From the IMG/VR virus record IMGVR_UViG_2878480445_000013: DNA of 64,000 nt; one strand, written 5' to 3'. The notes beneath the pieces were generated by a model. That model was not told the DNA's origin. It ran no database searches and saw only the letters and a program-made list of their open reading frames with translations. Shown one piece after another: positions 21,928 through 32,401 of this stretch. This stretch comes from a virus. Lineage: Duplodnaviria; Heunggongvirae; Uroviricota; Caudoviricetes. Position 1 is the first letter of the stretch, and each line of letters starts with the position of its first letter. The position numbers were made by a program, and so were the translations under genes.

Positions 21928-22710
21928 TTACAGCGTCCACCAGCGAGGAGTCACCTCCACCGCCGTGATACCGCCTGTCCATGTGATCTGCGTCTTTCCC
22001 TCCGGCAGTTCCGGGAAGTCATCCGAAAGGATGGTCTCATTGCAAAAGCCGGAAGCGTTGTAAGCGTTGTGCGTCTCACAGTTGAGCAGCACGTAGTCCT
22101 TGATGCTGTGGATGGTGATTTTCTCCTCACCCACATACAGCTCACCACCCGAATCTCCGTAGACCTTGAAGATGGGCTGTGCCGGGAAAGCAAAAGGATT
22201 CTTTAAGGTCGACCTGCCATCCAGCCGGATCACCCTCTGCCCATCCATACTCCAGCGCTGGGGCTTACAATTGAAGGTCAGTTCCATCTCAGCGGCTTTC
22301 TGGGCTGTCACATCGAATTCCAGAGCATCCTTGCAGACTGCCATCCGGAAGAAATCCGGATCGTAGGTGTCCTGCAATTTCTGATACCCGATCGGAGATA
22401 ACAGCCATGCCTTGACCGCCGCTGTCTTGGCTGGCAGACCGTTGAAGAAAAATGCCTTGTACTTGATATCCACGTTCTGGTATCTTCTTCTGCCTGCCTT
22501 CGCATTCTCGGAGAGGATGTCCCCATTCCTGCCGGGTACAGAGGTACTCTCCACATCCGCTGCCGGGGAATCATACACACCAGGACCAGACAAATATAAA
22601 AGGAAGTCTTTGCTGGACTTCCCGGCAAAGGACAGATACTGTCTGGCATATCTGCCTTTTAACTGAAACTGTGATACCGTCTGCTTTGGGGTGTTATAGC
22701 CCATACGCAT
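21928..22710 (-). CDS. distal tail protein (Dit / siphovirus tail component)
   Basis: A 260-aa ORF directly downstream of the tape measure gene and upstream of Tal. This is the conserved Dit position, and the protein is beta-rich. Confidence 0.55.
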   Translation of the reverse strand: MRMGYNTPKQTVSQFQLKGRYARQYLSFAGKSSKDFLLYLSGPGVYDSPAADVESTSVPGRNGDILSENAKAGRRRYQNVDIKYKAFFFNGLPAKTAAVKAWLLSPIGYQKLQDTYDPDFFRMAVCKDALEFDVTAQKAAEMELTFNCKPQRWSMDGQRVIRLDGRSTLKNPFAFPAQPIFKVYGDSGGELYVGEEKITIHSIKDYVLLNCETHNAYNASGFCNETILSDDFPELPEGKTQITWTGGITAVEVTPRWWTL

Positions 22711-22719
22711 CTACCTCCT

Positions 22720-25700
22720 TTACTTGAAGACCGAATCATCCTCGTGGATCATGCCGTTGATCTTATCGGCAACGGTCTGTGCCAGTTCGTCATCGTTCCG
22801 CACGTTATAGCCGTTGACTGTGATATACACACCGCCAAGGTTGGTCGTCCGGGTCGTACCGCCTCCGGCCAGAGCTGCCTGTGGGAAGTTCCATCCAGAG
22901 CCATCGAAGTGCGGCAGGGTCAGTTCCGGCAGGCTGAAAGAACTGATGCCCTCCATTCCCTGCTGTACCTTTGCTGCCATCGACTTGATCTGGCTGATCA
23001 GTCCACCCTCGCCTTTCTTGATGCCGCCAGTCAGCAGCTTCATGAAATCTGGCATATAGGTATCGGCATCAGACAAAGGACCCTCGTCCGGCACCGAGAA
23101 GTGCAGGAACGAGCGGATGCCCTTCGCCACACTTTTGACTGCGCTGCCGACCCAGCTCACGCCCTTTTTGATGCCTCCTGCGATACCGCCAACGATGTCC
23201 TTGCCCCAGCTGACTGCCGAGGAAGCCACGTTCTTGATACCGCCCCAAATGGACGAAGCCACGTTGCCAATAGCAGAAGCCGCATTGGAGATACCGTTCT
23301 TGATGGCCGACACACCCTTAGAGAACACCGACGTGACCTTGTTCCAGATATTTGTGACACCCTCACGGAAGCCATCACAGTTTTTCCAGAGTGCTCTCAA
23401 CCCAAGGCCAATTCCACCTACCGCTGCCACTGCGATACCTGCGGGACCCGCCAAGCCAGCAAGTGCTGTGCCTGCGGATGCGAGGAAACCACCTGCGGAG
23501 CTTGCTACGCCTGCAAGGGCCGTACCCGCACCTGCCGCCAAACCAGATACGGTCGTACCGACAGAACCGAGCAGACCGGAAAGCGTTGTGCCGACTGTCC
23601 CGGCAATACCGCCCAGCGAAGAACCGATAGACGATACAATACCGGAAAGACTGCCGCCTAAACCGCCGATCTTCGACACTACACCGGAAAGCAGCCCGCC
23701 CAGATTCGACAGGATTCCCCCACCGCTGGAGCCAAGGCTTCCCAGCTTCGAGATGATGCCGGAGATTCCCTCTCCCAGACCACCCATTTTGGAAGTCAGC
23801 CCAGAGATCAGGTTGCCAAAGTTCGACACGATCTGACCGCCATCTGCACTGCCGATCTTCGACAGGAAACTGCCGATGTTTGACAGCAGACCGCCTCCGT
23901 TCTCTGTACCGAGGACGTTGCCAAGGTTCTGCATCGTGCTTCCAAGGTTTCCGATGGTGTTCTTCATGGAGCCGAGCTTGTCCACAAGACCGGTGACCGT
24001 ATTGACCGTGTCACCGACTTTGCTGATGCCGCTTCCCAGGCTCTTTAGGAAATCCGAGTTGAGGGTATCGCCAAGGCTGCGGATCGCATTTCCAAGGGAA
24101 CTGGTCTGAGAACTCAGCTCCCCAATGGAATCCTTCATATCCGTAAAGCCCTGCTTCACTTCATCGCTCATACTGCCGACTGCGGTTTTGGTGATGACCT
24201 GCAGGTCAGCCCAGAGCTGCTGGAACTGTGTTTTCAGCCCGGAAAGTCCGGAAATCAGCTGGGTCTGGATACCGCTTCCCACATCCCTTGCAGCACTACC
24301 GATACCACTCTGACTTCTCTTGATCGTAGTGGCAAAACTGCCGATCACAGAATCCATCCAGCCACCCAGAGAATCCACAGGAGTTGTGAGGTTGCTGCTC
24401 ATAGACCCGGCAAGCCCCTGCACAGCCTTCACTACCGACTTGACATTTTTCTTAATGCCGGTCGCCAGCAGCTTCATGAAGTCGGGCATATAGGTATCTG
24501 CATCGGACAGAGGGCCTTCATCTGGCACGGAGAAATGCAGCAGGCTTCTGACCCTGCTTGCGACATTTTCTGCCGCTGCGATCACGGAACCGGCTGCTGC
24601 CCGGACACCTGCCGCCATCTGGGAACAGATATCTGCACCCCAGCGGTATGCCGAAGAAGCAATCGAACCGAGCGAGTTAAAGCTGCTCCTGATATTTGCA
24701 ACACCTGAGGAAACCGTGCTGCGCAGGCTGGACATTGCCGAAGACACCGTGGACTTGATGCTATTGAAAGCAGAGGTCGTGGTAGATTTCAGTGTGTTCC
24801 AGCCGCTTGTGACCGTACTGCGAACTGCGGATACAGAGGAAGTTGTAAGAGACTTGATACTGTTCCACGCTGTCGTGATGACTGTTTTGATACCATTCCA
24901 GCTTGTGTTCGTCAGAGTTTTCACTGCGTTCCATGCGCTTGTCATGGACGATTTTACAGAAGCAGTCGCCGAAGTAGTCAGAGACTTGATTCCGTTCCAT
25001 GCTGTGGTGATAACGCTCTTGATGCCGTTCCAGCTGGTCGTTGTCAGCGACTTCACGGCATTCCATGCACTGGTCATGGAAGATTTGACTGCCGCTGTTG
25101 CAGAGGTCACATTGGATTTCACCGCCGAGAAGCTGTTCTGGATACTGGACTTGATGGTATTCCATGTGCTGGCGGTACTGGTCGTAATGGAACTCCATGC
25201 AGATTTCATCGCGGCACTTACACCTGCCGTTCCGTTTCTTACCGTCTGGCTGATGGCCGCCCAGCTCTTACTGTATGCCTGCTCCACACCTCTCATGGAG
25301 TTGGTGATGGAGGTAGACAGCGTGGTGGACAGGTTTTCTGCCGCCGCAGTTACAAGGCTGGTGTTGGTCGTGATGCCGTTTGCCAGACCCTGCATAAAGT
25401 CCGGCATCCAGCTTTCCATATCAGCCAACGGGCCTTCGTCCGGCACGGAGAAGTGCAGGAAGGAACGGATACGGTCCGCCACTCCCGATACGGCATTTGC
25501 CACATCCTGAATCCTCGACTGGATACCGGACACAATGTTGCCGATCATGTCTGAACCCCACGAGAATGCCTGACCAGCCAGACCCTTGATAAAGGAAACC
25601 GCACTGTTAAAACCGTTCGTGATGGTGGTCTTAATACCGGAAATCGTAGAGGAAATCCCGGATTTCATCGAGTTAAAAGCTGTGGCCGCTGCACTCTTGA

Positions 25701-28639
25701 TGCTGTTACTGAGGGACGATACCGTGGATTTCATAGCATTCCAGCCGGAAGAAACTACCGATTTGATGCCATCTACCACCCCGGAGATCTTGCTGCTGAT
25801 GGCAGTCCAGATAGAAGAAACCGTGGACCGGATCGCAGAAAGGACAGTCGAAATGACCATCTTGATCGCATTCCATGCCGTACTCATCCGGGTCTGGATG
25901 CCAGTCAACAACGGAGACAGGAAGGATACAATCGCATTCCACACCGTTGTCACTGCTGTCTGGATCGCAGTCAGTACAGTAGAAACAGCTGTCTGGATCG
26001 CGGACCAAACCGTAGAGAAAGTCGTCTGCAACTCAGTCAGCAGCGGAGTCACAAAGGCGACGATGGCGTTCCAGATAGAAGTGATCTTCGTCTGGATTGC
26101 GGTCAGTGCTGCGCCGATCAGGATCTGAATCGCCTGCCAGATGGTCTCAAACAGATATTTGAACGCATCCAGCAGAGGCTTTATGGTGTTATAGATGCCA
26201 TTCCACACCGAAGTGATCGTCGTGCTGATGGTGTTCATGACCGTAGAGATCGCGGTCGAGATCGCCGTCCACACAGTTGTCACCGTGGTATGGATCGTAT
26301 TTATTACAGAAGAAACTGCTGTGGAAATAGCAGTCCAGATGGTACTGAAGGTCGTCTGGATACTCGTAAGAACAGTCGTAAAGAAGCTCGAAACTGCTGT
26401 AAATACAGTCGTTGCCACTGACTGGATAGCAGAAACTGTGTTTGAAAAGAAGCTGCTGATTCCACCCCACACGGTCTCGAAAAAGCTCTTGATACTGCCC
26501 CAGACAGTCTGCCAGTCTGTCCCGAACAGACCAAAGAACACATCCAGTGCGCTCTTTAATGCGGTAAGAGTCGTAGAGAATACAGACTTCACACCTTCCC
26601 AGATGCTGGAGAAGATTCCCTTTACCGCTTCCCATGCGCCGCTCCAGTTGCCGGAGAACACATTGGAAAAGACATCGAACAGACCCAGTAAGGTATCCAG
26701 AACGACACCGAGGATAGTCGAAATATTCTGGAATGCTCCCTCAAACAACGGTGCAAGCACTTGACAAAAGCCATCCCAGACTGCTTTCAGTACCTCGGTG
26801 ACATCCTTAAAGTCGAAGCCCAGCCCGTTGATCCGCTGTGTCAGCTGGTCGCAGAAGCCTTTCACCTTGGAAACAATGTCGTTCCAGATGCCGGTAATGG
26901 CAGTACGGAACTCTTCATTGGTGTTCCAGAGATTCATGAATGCTGCCACCAGCGTACCGATGACCGCCACCACTGCTACGACCGGCCCGGATAGACCACC
27001 CAGAACCACACCCAGCTTGCTGAACACACCGCTGGCACTGCCCACATGGGTGATGAGAAGCCGGACACCCTTTGCAAGAGAACTGAACCCCCGCATCGCT
27101 GTGCCAACCGTTGATATGGTCTTGCCAAGCACAATGAGCAGCGGACCAATGGATGCTGCCAGTAGTCCGATCTTGATGATCGTTTCCCTAGTACTTTCAT
27201 CCATACTGTTGAGCTTGTCCACGAACTGCTGCACGGCAGATACGATCTTACGGATGGTCGGCATCAGGATATCGCCAAAAGAAATAGCCAGCTCTTCCAA
27301 CTGAGATTTCAGGATGGTGAGCTGACCATTTAAGTTGTCCTGCATGGTTTCTGCCATGCTCTCTGATGCGCCGTCACAGTTTTCAATGGCACCACGCAGT
27401 TTGTTGATGTCCGTTTCACTGGAATTCATCAGGCAAGGAAACCGGACATGGCATTCTTGCCGACCAGTGCTTCTGCATTGGCTGCTTTCTCAGATTCCGA
27501 CAGCCCAGAAAATGCCACACGGCAATCCGCAAGGATATCGTTCAGGCTTCTCATGCTGCCATCCGCGTTGCTGGTCGCAATCGTGACCTCACCGATGTTC
27601 TTGCCCACAAAGGTCACTTCACCGGAAAGGTTGTTCATGATGGTACGAAGGGACGTACCTGCCTGCGAAGCCTTGATACCACTGTTTGCCATCAGACCGA
27701 TGGCTTCTGCGGTATCCTCTGCCGAGAACCCCAGTGCACCGGCGATAGGTGCGCAGTACTTGAACGTCTCGCCCATCATGGAGACATTGGTATTCGCATT
27801 GGAAGAAGCGGCTGCAAGGATATCTGCAAAATGCCCGGAATCTGCCGCAGACAAGCCGAAAGCTGTGAGGGCATCCGTAACGATATCCGAAGTCGTGGCG
27901 AGGTCTTCACCGGATGCCGCCGCGAGGTTCATGATACCCTCGATGCCGTTCAGCATGTCAGAAGTCTTCCATCCGGCCATGGCCATGTATTCCATCGCCG
28001 AAGCAGCCTCGGATGCGGAGAACTTTGTCTTTGCACCCATCTCACGGGCTTTTGCACGAAGCTGGTCGAAGTCATCCCCAGTCGCACCGGAAATAGCAGA
28101 AACCTTGCTCATCTCGGAATCGAAGTCGGCTGCCGTCTTCACTGCGGCAGTGCCAAGACCCGTTACAGCGGCAGTCACCGGCAGGAACTTCTTGCCGACA
28201 TTCTCCACAGAAGATCCGATGTTCTGAAGCTTTTCTCCGGCTTCATCGATCTTGGCAAGCGTCGCATTTGTAGTGGCCGCCTGGTCCTGTAAGGATCGCA
28301 GATTCTGTTCAGTCTCCACGATCTCACGCTGGAGGGCATCATACTGCTGCTGGGTGATCTCACCGTTGGCAAGCTGCTCATTGGCCTGCTGAGCCGCAGT
28401 CTTCAGCGTTGCCAGCTTTTCCTTGGTAGCTCAATGGCATCCTTCAGCATCTTCTGCTTCTGAACGACCAGTTCTGTATTGGAAGGGTCCAGTTTCAGGA
28501 GTTTGTTGACATCCTTCAGTCCGGACTGCGTCCCCTTGATTGACTTGTTTACACTTTCCAGTGCTTTGGAGAGCTTGGTGGTATCGCCGCCGATCTCAAC
28601 GGTGATGCCCTGGATTCTGGATGCCATGTGGATGACCAC
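22720..28639 (-). CDS. tail tape measure protein (TP901-family N-terminus), about 1970 aa, interrupted twice
   Basis: The three ORFs 28403..28639 (MASRIQGITVEIGGDTTKLSKALESVNKSIK...), 27429..28319 and 22720..27429 are contiguous pieces. At about 28410-28420, MLKDAIE continues as TKEKLATLKTAAQQANEQ in the next frame. A TGATGA junction at 27424-27432 sits between ...SGFLA and MNSSETDINKL. The 1569-aa part has periodic W/F repeats typical of tape measure proteins. Confidence 0.8.
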
Positions 28640-28844
28640 CTCCTTTTGGGCATGAAAAAAGCCCGACTTGCTTTGTCACAAGTGGGGCAAAATTAAAATA
28701 CGAAATGATAAACTTGAAATTTCTAGAGTAATTTCGCTTTAGCAATTTCACAAAAAGCCATTTTCTTGAAATTGCTAAGCAAAACAGGCCACGAATTTTC
28801 ATTTTCCGATGATTTTCTACCTATTGGAGGTAATGTCCGAAAAA

Positions 28845-28887
28845 TTGATATAAAAATACCCCTGTCAGATTTCTCCGACAAGGGTGT
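28845..28887 (-). terminator. rho-independent terminator closing the AbiE-like insertion
   Basis: Hairpin ACCCCTGTCAGATTTCTCCGACAAGGGTGT (28858-28887). On the minus strand it is followed by UAUUUUUAUAU. Confidence 0.55.
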
Positions 28888-28891
28888 ATTA

Positions 28892-29611
28892 TCAGTTGTT
28901 ATTCTTTTCTTTTTTTGCTTTGGCTGCTTTTAGGATATCCACAAGATTATCTCCGTTTAGAACATCCGGATAATCCTCCTGAAACTCCAACAAAATATCC
29001 TTATTCTGCATTTCATCTTCACGAATTTTCTCATACAGTGCCGAAAGATCCGGATTCTGGTAAACTGCCTCGATGAAAGTTCTCGATGATTCCGGTAAGT
29101 TCTCATACCCCTCATACAATTCATCAGCAGCTCGTTTGATGCTATCTAAACTAATTTCTTTTTTAGCATTCTTTTGCTCAATAAGAATTCCTACAACATC
29201 TGACAGATCATTTTTATACTGTCTGCCTGCCATTAACTTCATTACAACCAAATATTCTGCTGATACAGTCCGGATTCTTAAAACATTTGAGAATGTCTTA
29301 TAATACTGCGAATACTGGATCAATTTAGGCGTATAAGATGCTGTCTTCATGAAGTCTGTGTTTAACCATCCATTTGGAAGGCCCATCCGGTCTCCAACAT
29401 GGTTAATGGCATCTTTCATAGAGGATGATGCCTGTATAATTGCATCCATATCGTATGTCATCTCACGAAAGCCATAATTGATGAGTACCGCTGCACCACC
29501 AATCAAAATAATTTCAGCGGGCATTCGTGATCCATTCATTTTCCTAAATTCTTTTGATAATTCTTTCAGATACCCATCCAAATTATCTTTTGTAAATGGT
29601 ACTTCAGACAA
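28892..29611 (-). CDS. nucleotidyltransferase, AbiEii/DUF1814-like toxin family (putative)
   Basis: Pol-beta NTase signature IILIGGAAVLINYGFREMTYDMDAI (hGG-x14-DhD). N-terminus LKELSKEFRKM...IGGAAV resembles the AbiEii LKGGTAL block. Low GC. Confidence 0.5.
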   Translation of the reverse strand: MSEVPFTKDNLDGYLKELSKEFRKMNGSRMPAEIILIGGAAVLINYGFREMTYDMDAIIQASSSMKDAINHVGDRMGLPNGWLNTDFMKTASYTPKLIQYSQYYKTFSNVLRIRTVSAEYLVVMKLMAGRQYKNDLSDVVGILIEQKNAKKEISLDSIKRAADELYEGYENLPESSRTFIEAVYQNPDLSALYEKIREDEMQNKDILLEFQEDYPDVLNGDNLVDILKAAKAKKEKNNN

Positions 29612-29677
29612 GGTTTCTTACCTCGCTTTCTACAATATTAAACCTCATAAACTCAGGAATTGCCCTTTTTCTTGCCT

Positions 29678-30193
29678 CTATTTTACAGTCTCACTATGCA
29701 TAACCGCAGCCTGAATCAGCACACTTGAAGGATACACCACCTGTGCCAATTTATGTCTACGGATATCGTTATAATTCGTACACATAGGAAGGTCATTAAT
29801 CTTCGACAAATAATCAATCATTCCCAGCAAGTACAAAGATTCTGGATACCACATTTTTTTATAAAGGCTTCGGATTGTATCATTTTCCAAAGTATTAATA
29901 ATAAAATCAATATCACCCATATCCTTTACATGATGGCAAGTGTTGCTTTTGAACGTTTCAAAAGAACTACGGTATTCTGCATTTTGTGCCATTTCCTGCT
30001 CATCTGCTTCCAATAAAGCATCAACTGTAACATTCAATGCTTTTGCTATTTTATATAGTGTTCCAGCTGAACATTTTTCCATTGAAGTTTTTCCACTGCA
30101 AATGTCCGATATTGTGGCTTGTGCAACACCACTTGTTTTACTCAACTTATACCGACTCATTTTGGCTTCCCTAAGAAGTTCATCAATAATCAT
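29678..30193 (-). CDS. XRE-family HTH protein with about 110-aa C-terminal domain of unknown function
   Basis: N-terminus MSRYKLSKTSGVAQATISDICSGKTSMEKCSAGTLYKIAKALNVTVDALLE is an HTH_3 fold. It lies between the AbiEi-like and NTase genes. Confidence 0.6.
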   Translation of the reverse strand: MIIDELLREAKMSRYKLSKTSGVAQATISDICSGKTSMEKCSAGTLYKIAKALNVTVDALLEADEQEMAQNAEYRSSFETFKSNTCHHVKDMGDIDFIINTLENDTIRSLYKKMWYPESLYLLGMIDYLSKINDLPMCTNYNDIRRHKLAQVVYPSSVLIQAAVMHSETVK

Positions 30194-30253
30194 GTATCAT
30201 CAACTCCTTTCTCTTATATTATATCGGCACACCGAAGTATAGTCAAGGATATT

Positions 30254-30838
30254 TTACAAAAGAACTTCCATATATCTGCGGATCACATTATCAACCCGAA
30301 ATAGCTTTGCATACTCCATGAGTCGATTCAGGTCCTTGTCTCGTCTGGAAACATATGTCTTCAGAATGGAATTGAAATCCTGTGCTTCAATACTGCTCCG
30401 GCTTCTCATCAGGTCACAAATCGTCCGTTCCAGGTCATACATCGGAATCATATTCCCGTCATTGTCTTTCACAATGATCTTTCCGACATCCAGTAATTCT
30501 CGTTTTACCGTATATACTTTACAACTTCCATCCGCTGTAAGCCGATGCGCATTGTAACCGCTGTATATGGTAAGTGTGTGGACAAACGGTTCTCTGTCTG
30601 TCAGGCCATGATAATAAAAAGCCTCGTCATGTGAAAAAACAACATTTGCACATCTTTTATGAAGCACATACAGTTCATCTACCCAATCCGATCCCGTTGA
30701 ATAAACGCCCCGGCTGACCGACTCCAATCCGTTCTCTCGGACATATTTGTAAAACTTAAATTTTGAAATTCCAGATTCTTCCGCAATTTTCGGTGTAATA
30801 TAATCATAATTTTGAACCAATCTTGTCATCTCATCCAC
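30254..30838 (-). CDS. AbiEi-family type IV antitoxin / transcriptional regulator (putative)
   Basis: 194 aa. Core ...VFSHDEAFYYHGLTDREPF...MIPMYDLERTICDLMRSRSSIE...YVSRRDKDLNRLMEYAKLFRVDNVIRRYMEVLL matches the AbiEi pattern (HETAL.LHGL.D..P, ERTICD, KD.N.L..YAK..RV). Judged from memory of the family, not by HMM. Confidence 0.55.
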   Translation of the reverse strand: MDEMTRLVQNYDYITPKIAEESGISKFKFYKYVRENGLESVSRGVYSTGSDWVDELYVLHKRCANVVFSHDEAFYYHGLTDREPFVHTLTIYSGYNAHRLTADGSCKVYTVKRELLDVGKIIVKDNDGNMIPMYDLERTICDLMRSRSSIEAQDFNSILKTYVSRRDKDLNRLMEYAKLFRVDNVIRRYMEVLL

Positions 30839-30850
30839 AGAATCACCATC

Positions 30851-30888
30851 CTTCCGTGCTTATATTGTAATCGAAATAAGCACGGAAG
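30851..30888. promoter_or_regulatory. perfect 13-bp inverted repeat overlapping a -10 (TACAAT) upstream of the AbiEi gene; probable autoregulatory operator/promoter
   Basis: CTTCCGTGCTTAT-attgtaatcgaa-ATAAGCACGGAAG. In gene orientation a -35-like TCGACT lies 17 nt before TACAAT. AbiEi antitoxins are known to repress their own promoters via inverted repeats. Confidence 0.5.
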
Positions 30889-30903
30889 TCGAGCTTTATT
30901 CTG

Positions 30904-31469
30904 TTAAAAGACATCCATGTCATGTTGAGATGCCAGCTCTTTGTACGGATAGTCGTCGTTCTGCCGCTCTGTGAACATATCATTGACCAACCCGATGGTC
31001 AGCAGGTCGAGGTCGGCGATGCTGATACCGAGCTGTACACAGCGCAGCAGAAAGAGCGGGGTGGTCATTTCCCGCTCACTTTTGCGAGGTTTTTTCTGGA
31101 TTCCACCTCGGTCTGCACATTCAGACCCCACAGTTCGATCAGCTGGGGCAGGATCTGATAAATGGAGAAGGTGTTGAACTGGTCCAGGAACTCCTCCGGG
31201 CTGTCCGGCACCTTTGCCGGGTCTGCATGACGGGCCATCAGCCATGCCAGGTCCTCGAACATTTCCAGACTGAACAGGTCGAGGTTGGAATTATCCTCGT
31301 CGTTCTCTCCTACGCTCTTTTCCAGCTGGCGCAGATCCTTGTAGATGTCGCGGCCGAACTTTATCCGGTACAGGCGAGGCACAGCGGCACTTGCCTTAAA
31401 GGTTACTTCCTTGCCATCGATCTCGATTTTCTTTGTAACTGCCATAATCGTAATCCTCCAAAATTTCAT
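30904..31469 (-). CDS. tail assembly chaperone G (31065..31469) and G-T fusion made by a programmed -1 ribosomal frameshift
   Basis: G frame ends ...VESRKNLAKVSGK*. The slippery heptamer A_AAA_AAC (plus-strand T-run at about 31090-31096) sits 9 codons before the stop. A -1 shift reads KKPRKSEREMTTPLFLLRCVQLGISIADLDLLTIGLVNDM... to 30904. The position between major tail and tape measure genes is canonical. Confidence 0.75.
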
Positions 31470-31478
31470 GTAAAATTA

Positions 31479-31496
31479 GCAGAGCCGAAGCCCTGC
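31479..31496 (-). repeat. copy A of the direct repeat GCAGAGCCGAAGCCCTGC; on the transcribed strand it forms GCAGGGC-UUCG-GCUCUGC, a UUCG tetraloop hairpin
   Basis: Identical 18-mer at 31479-31496 and 32368-32385, with about 25 bp including flanks. It lies directly after the SPFH stop and directly after the major tail protein stop. Confidence 0.6.
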
Positions 31497-31511
31497 CGTA
31501 TATCGTGTTTC

Positions 31512-32349
31512 TTACTCTGCCGAGTCAATGCTGACCAGTGCATTACCGCCGCTCACAGTCGGCAGCTTTCCATCCCACTTCTGGATCTTCTGGTAATCAA
31601 TCAGCGTATCGGACAGACTTTCTGCCAGTTTGCGGTTTGCCTCTGCCTGTGCATCTGCGGCAATGGAAGTTTTCTGGGCATCCGCCTCTGCATTGGTGAT
31701 CGCCACCTGCTTATCCGCTTCTGCCTTGGCAATGGCGGCTTCATTCTCGATCTTCTGCTTATCTGCATTCTGCTGTGCAATGGACTTCTGCTGGATGGCT
31801 TCGTTATAGGCATCCTCGAAATTCATGTCGTTGATGACGACTTTGTTTACGAACACAACGTCCTCACCATATTTCTGCACAAGAGATTCTGCCAGCTTCT
31901 GCTGCGCCAGAGGCTCGATCCTGGTGCGGTTCGTTACCTCATTGGGACCAAGTTCAGCCATCGCAGACTTGATGGCAGATGCCACCAGCTCATCACCGAC
32001 CAGATTCTTGATGTCGGACACATTCGCATACAGCCAGGCACTCTTCTCAGGAAGCACCTGATAGGTCACGATGACATCAGCAGCATACACCGGAGTCTTG
32101 TCAGAGGCTTCGCCCCAGACCTGCGCCTCGATGTGTTTATCCTGCTGCTTGTTGTTGACCTTGTGAATGCTCTGCACAAAGGGAATGCAAAAGTTGAGCT
32201 TGCCGCTCTGGATGGTGGTCTCCTGGATCTGGCCAAAGCTGGTCTTCACGCCCGTGTATCCGGTGGGGATGATGTGAAACGAACAGACAGCCAGCACCAG
32301 AACGATAATCACTGCGAACAAAGGAAAAATCTTCTTCATAGTCATATAC
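31512..32349 (-). CDS. SPFH/band-7 (prohibitin/HflC-like) membrane protein
   Basis: True start MKKIFPLFAVIIVLVLAV (N-terminal TM helix, AAGAGG RBS). The SPFH core (GYTGVKTSFGQIQ...VYAADVIVTYQV...) is followed by an A/E/K/Q-rich coiled-coil. The upstream part of the track ORF is an alternative-start artefact. Confidence 0.7.
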
Positions 32350-32367
32350 CTCTTTATAATAATGTAA

Positions 32368-32385
32368 GCAGAGCCGAAGCCCTGC
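32368..32385 (-). repeat. copy B of the direct repeat / UUCG hairpin (see 31479-31496)
   Basis: Identical 18-mer GCAGAGCCGAAGCCCTGC located 17 nt after the major tail protein stop codon. Confidence 0.6.
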
Positions 32386-32401
32386 TGTGTGTGTCGGTCA
32401 C

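Noticed and set aside
22744-27304. Many plus-strand ORFs of 60-300 aa (for example 22744..23661, 23117..23836, 24716..25510, 25586..26128, 26195..26764)
   Set aside because: They lie antisense to the continuous tape measure gene. Their Ala/Pro/Arg-rich low-complexity translations are typical antisense artefacts of GC-rich coding DNA.
22720-27429. Possible CRISPR-like or tandem DNA repeats in the tape measure gene
   Set aside because: The periodicity is at protein level (11-residue W/F repeats) with degenerate DNA. There are no identical direct repeats with unique spacers, and no cas genes.
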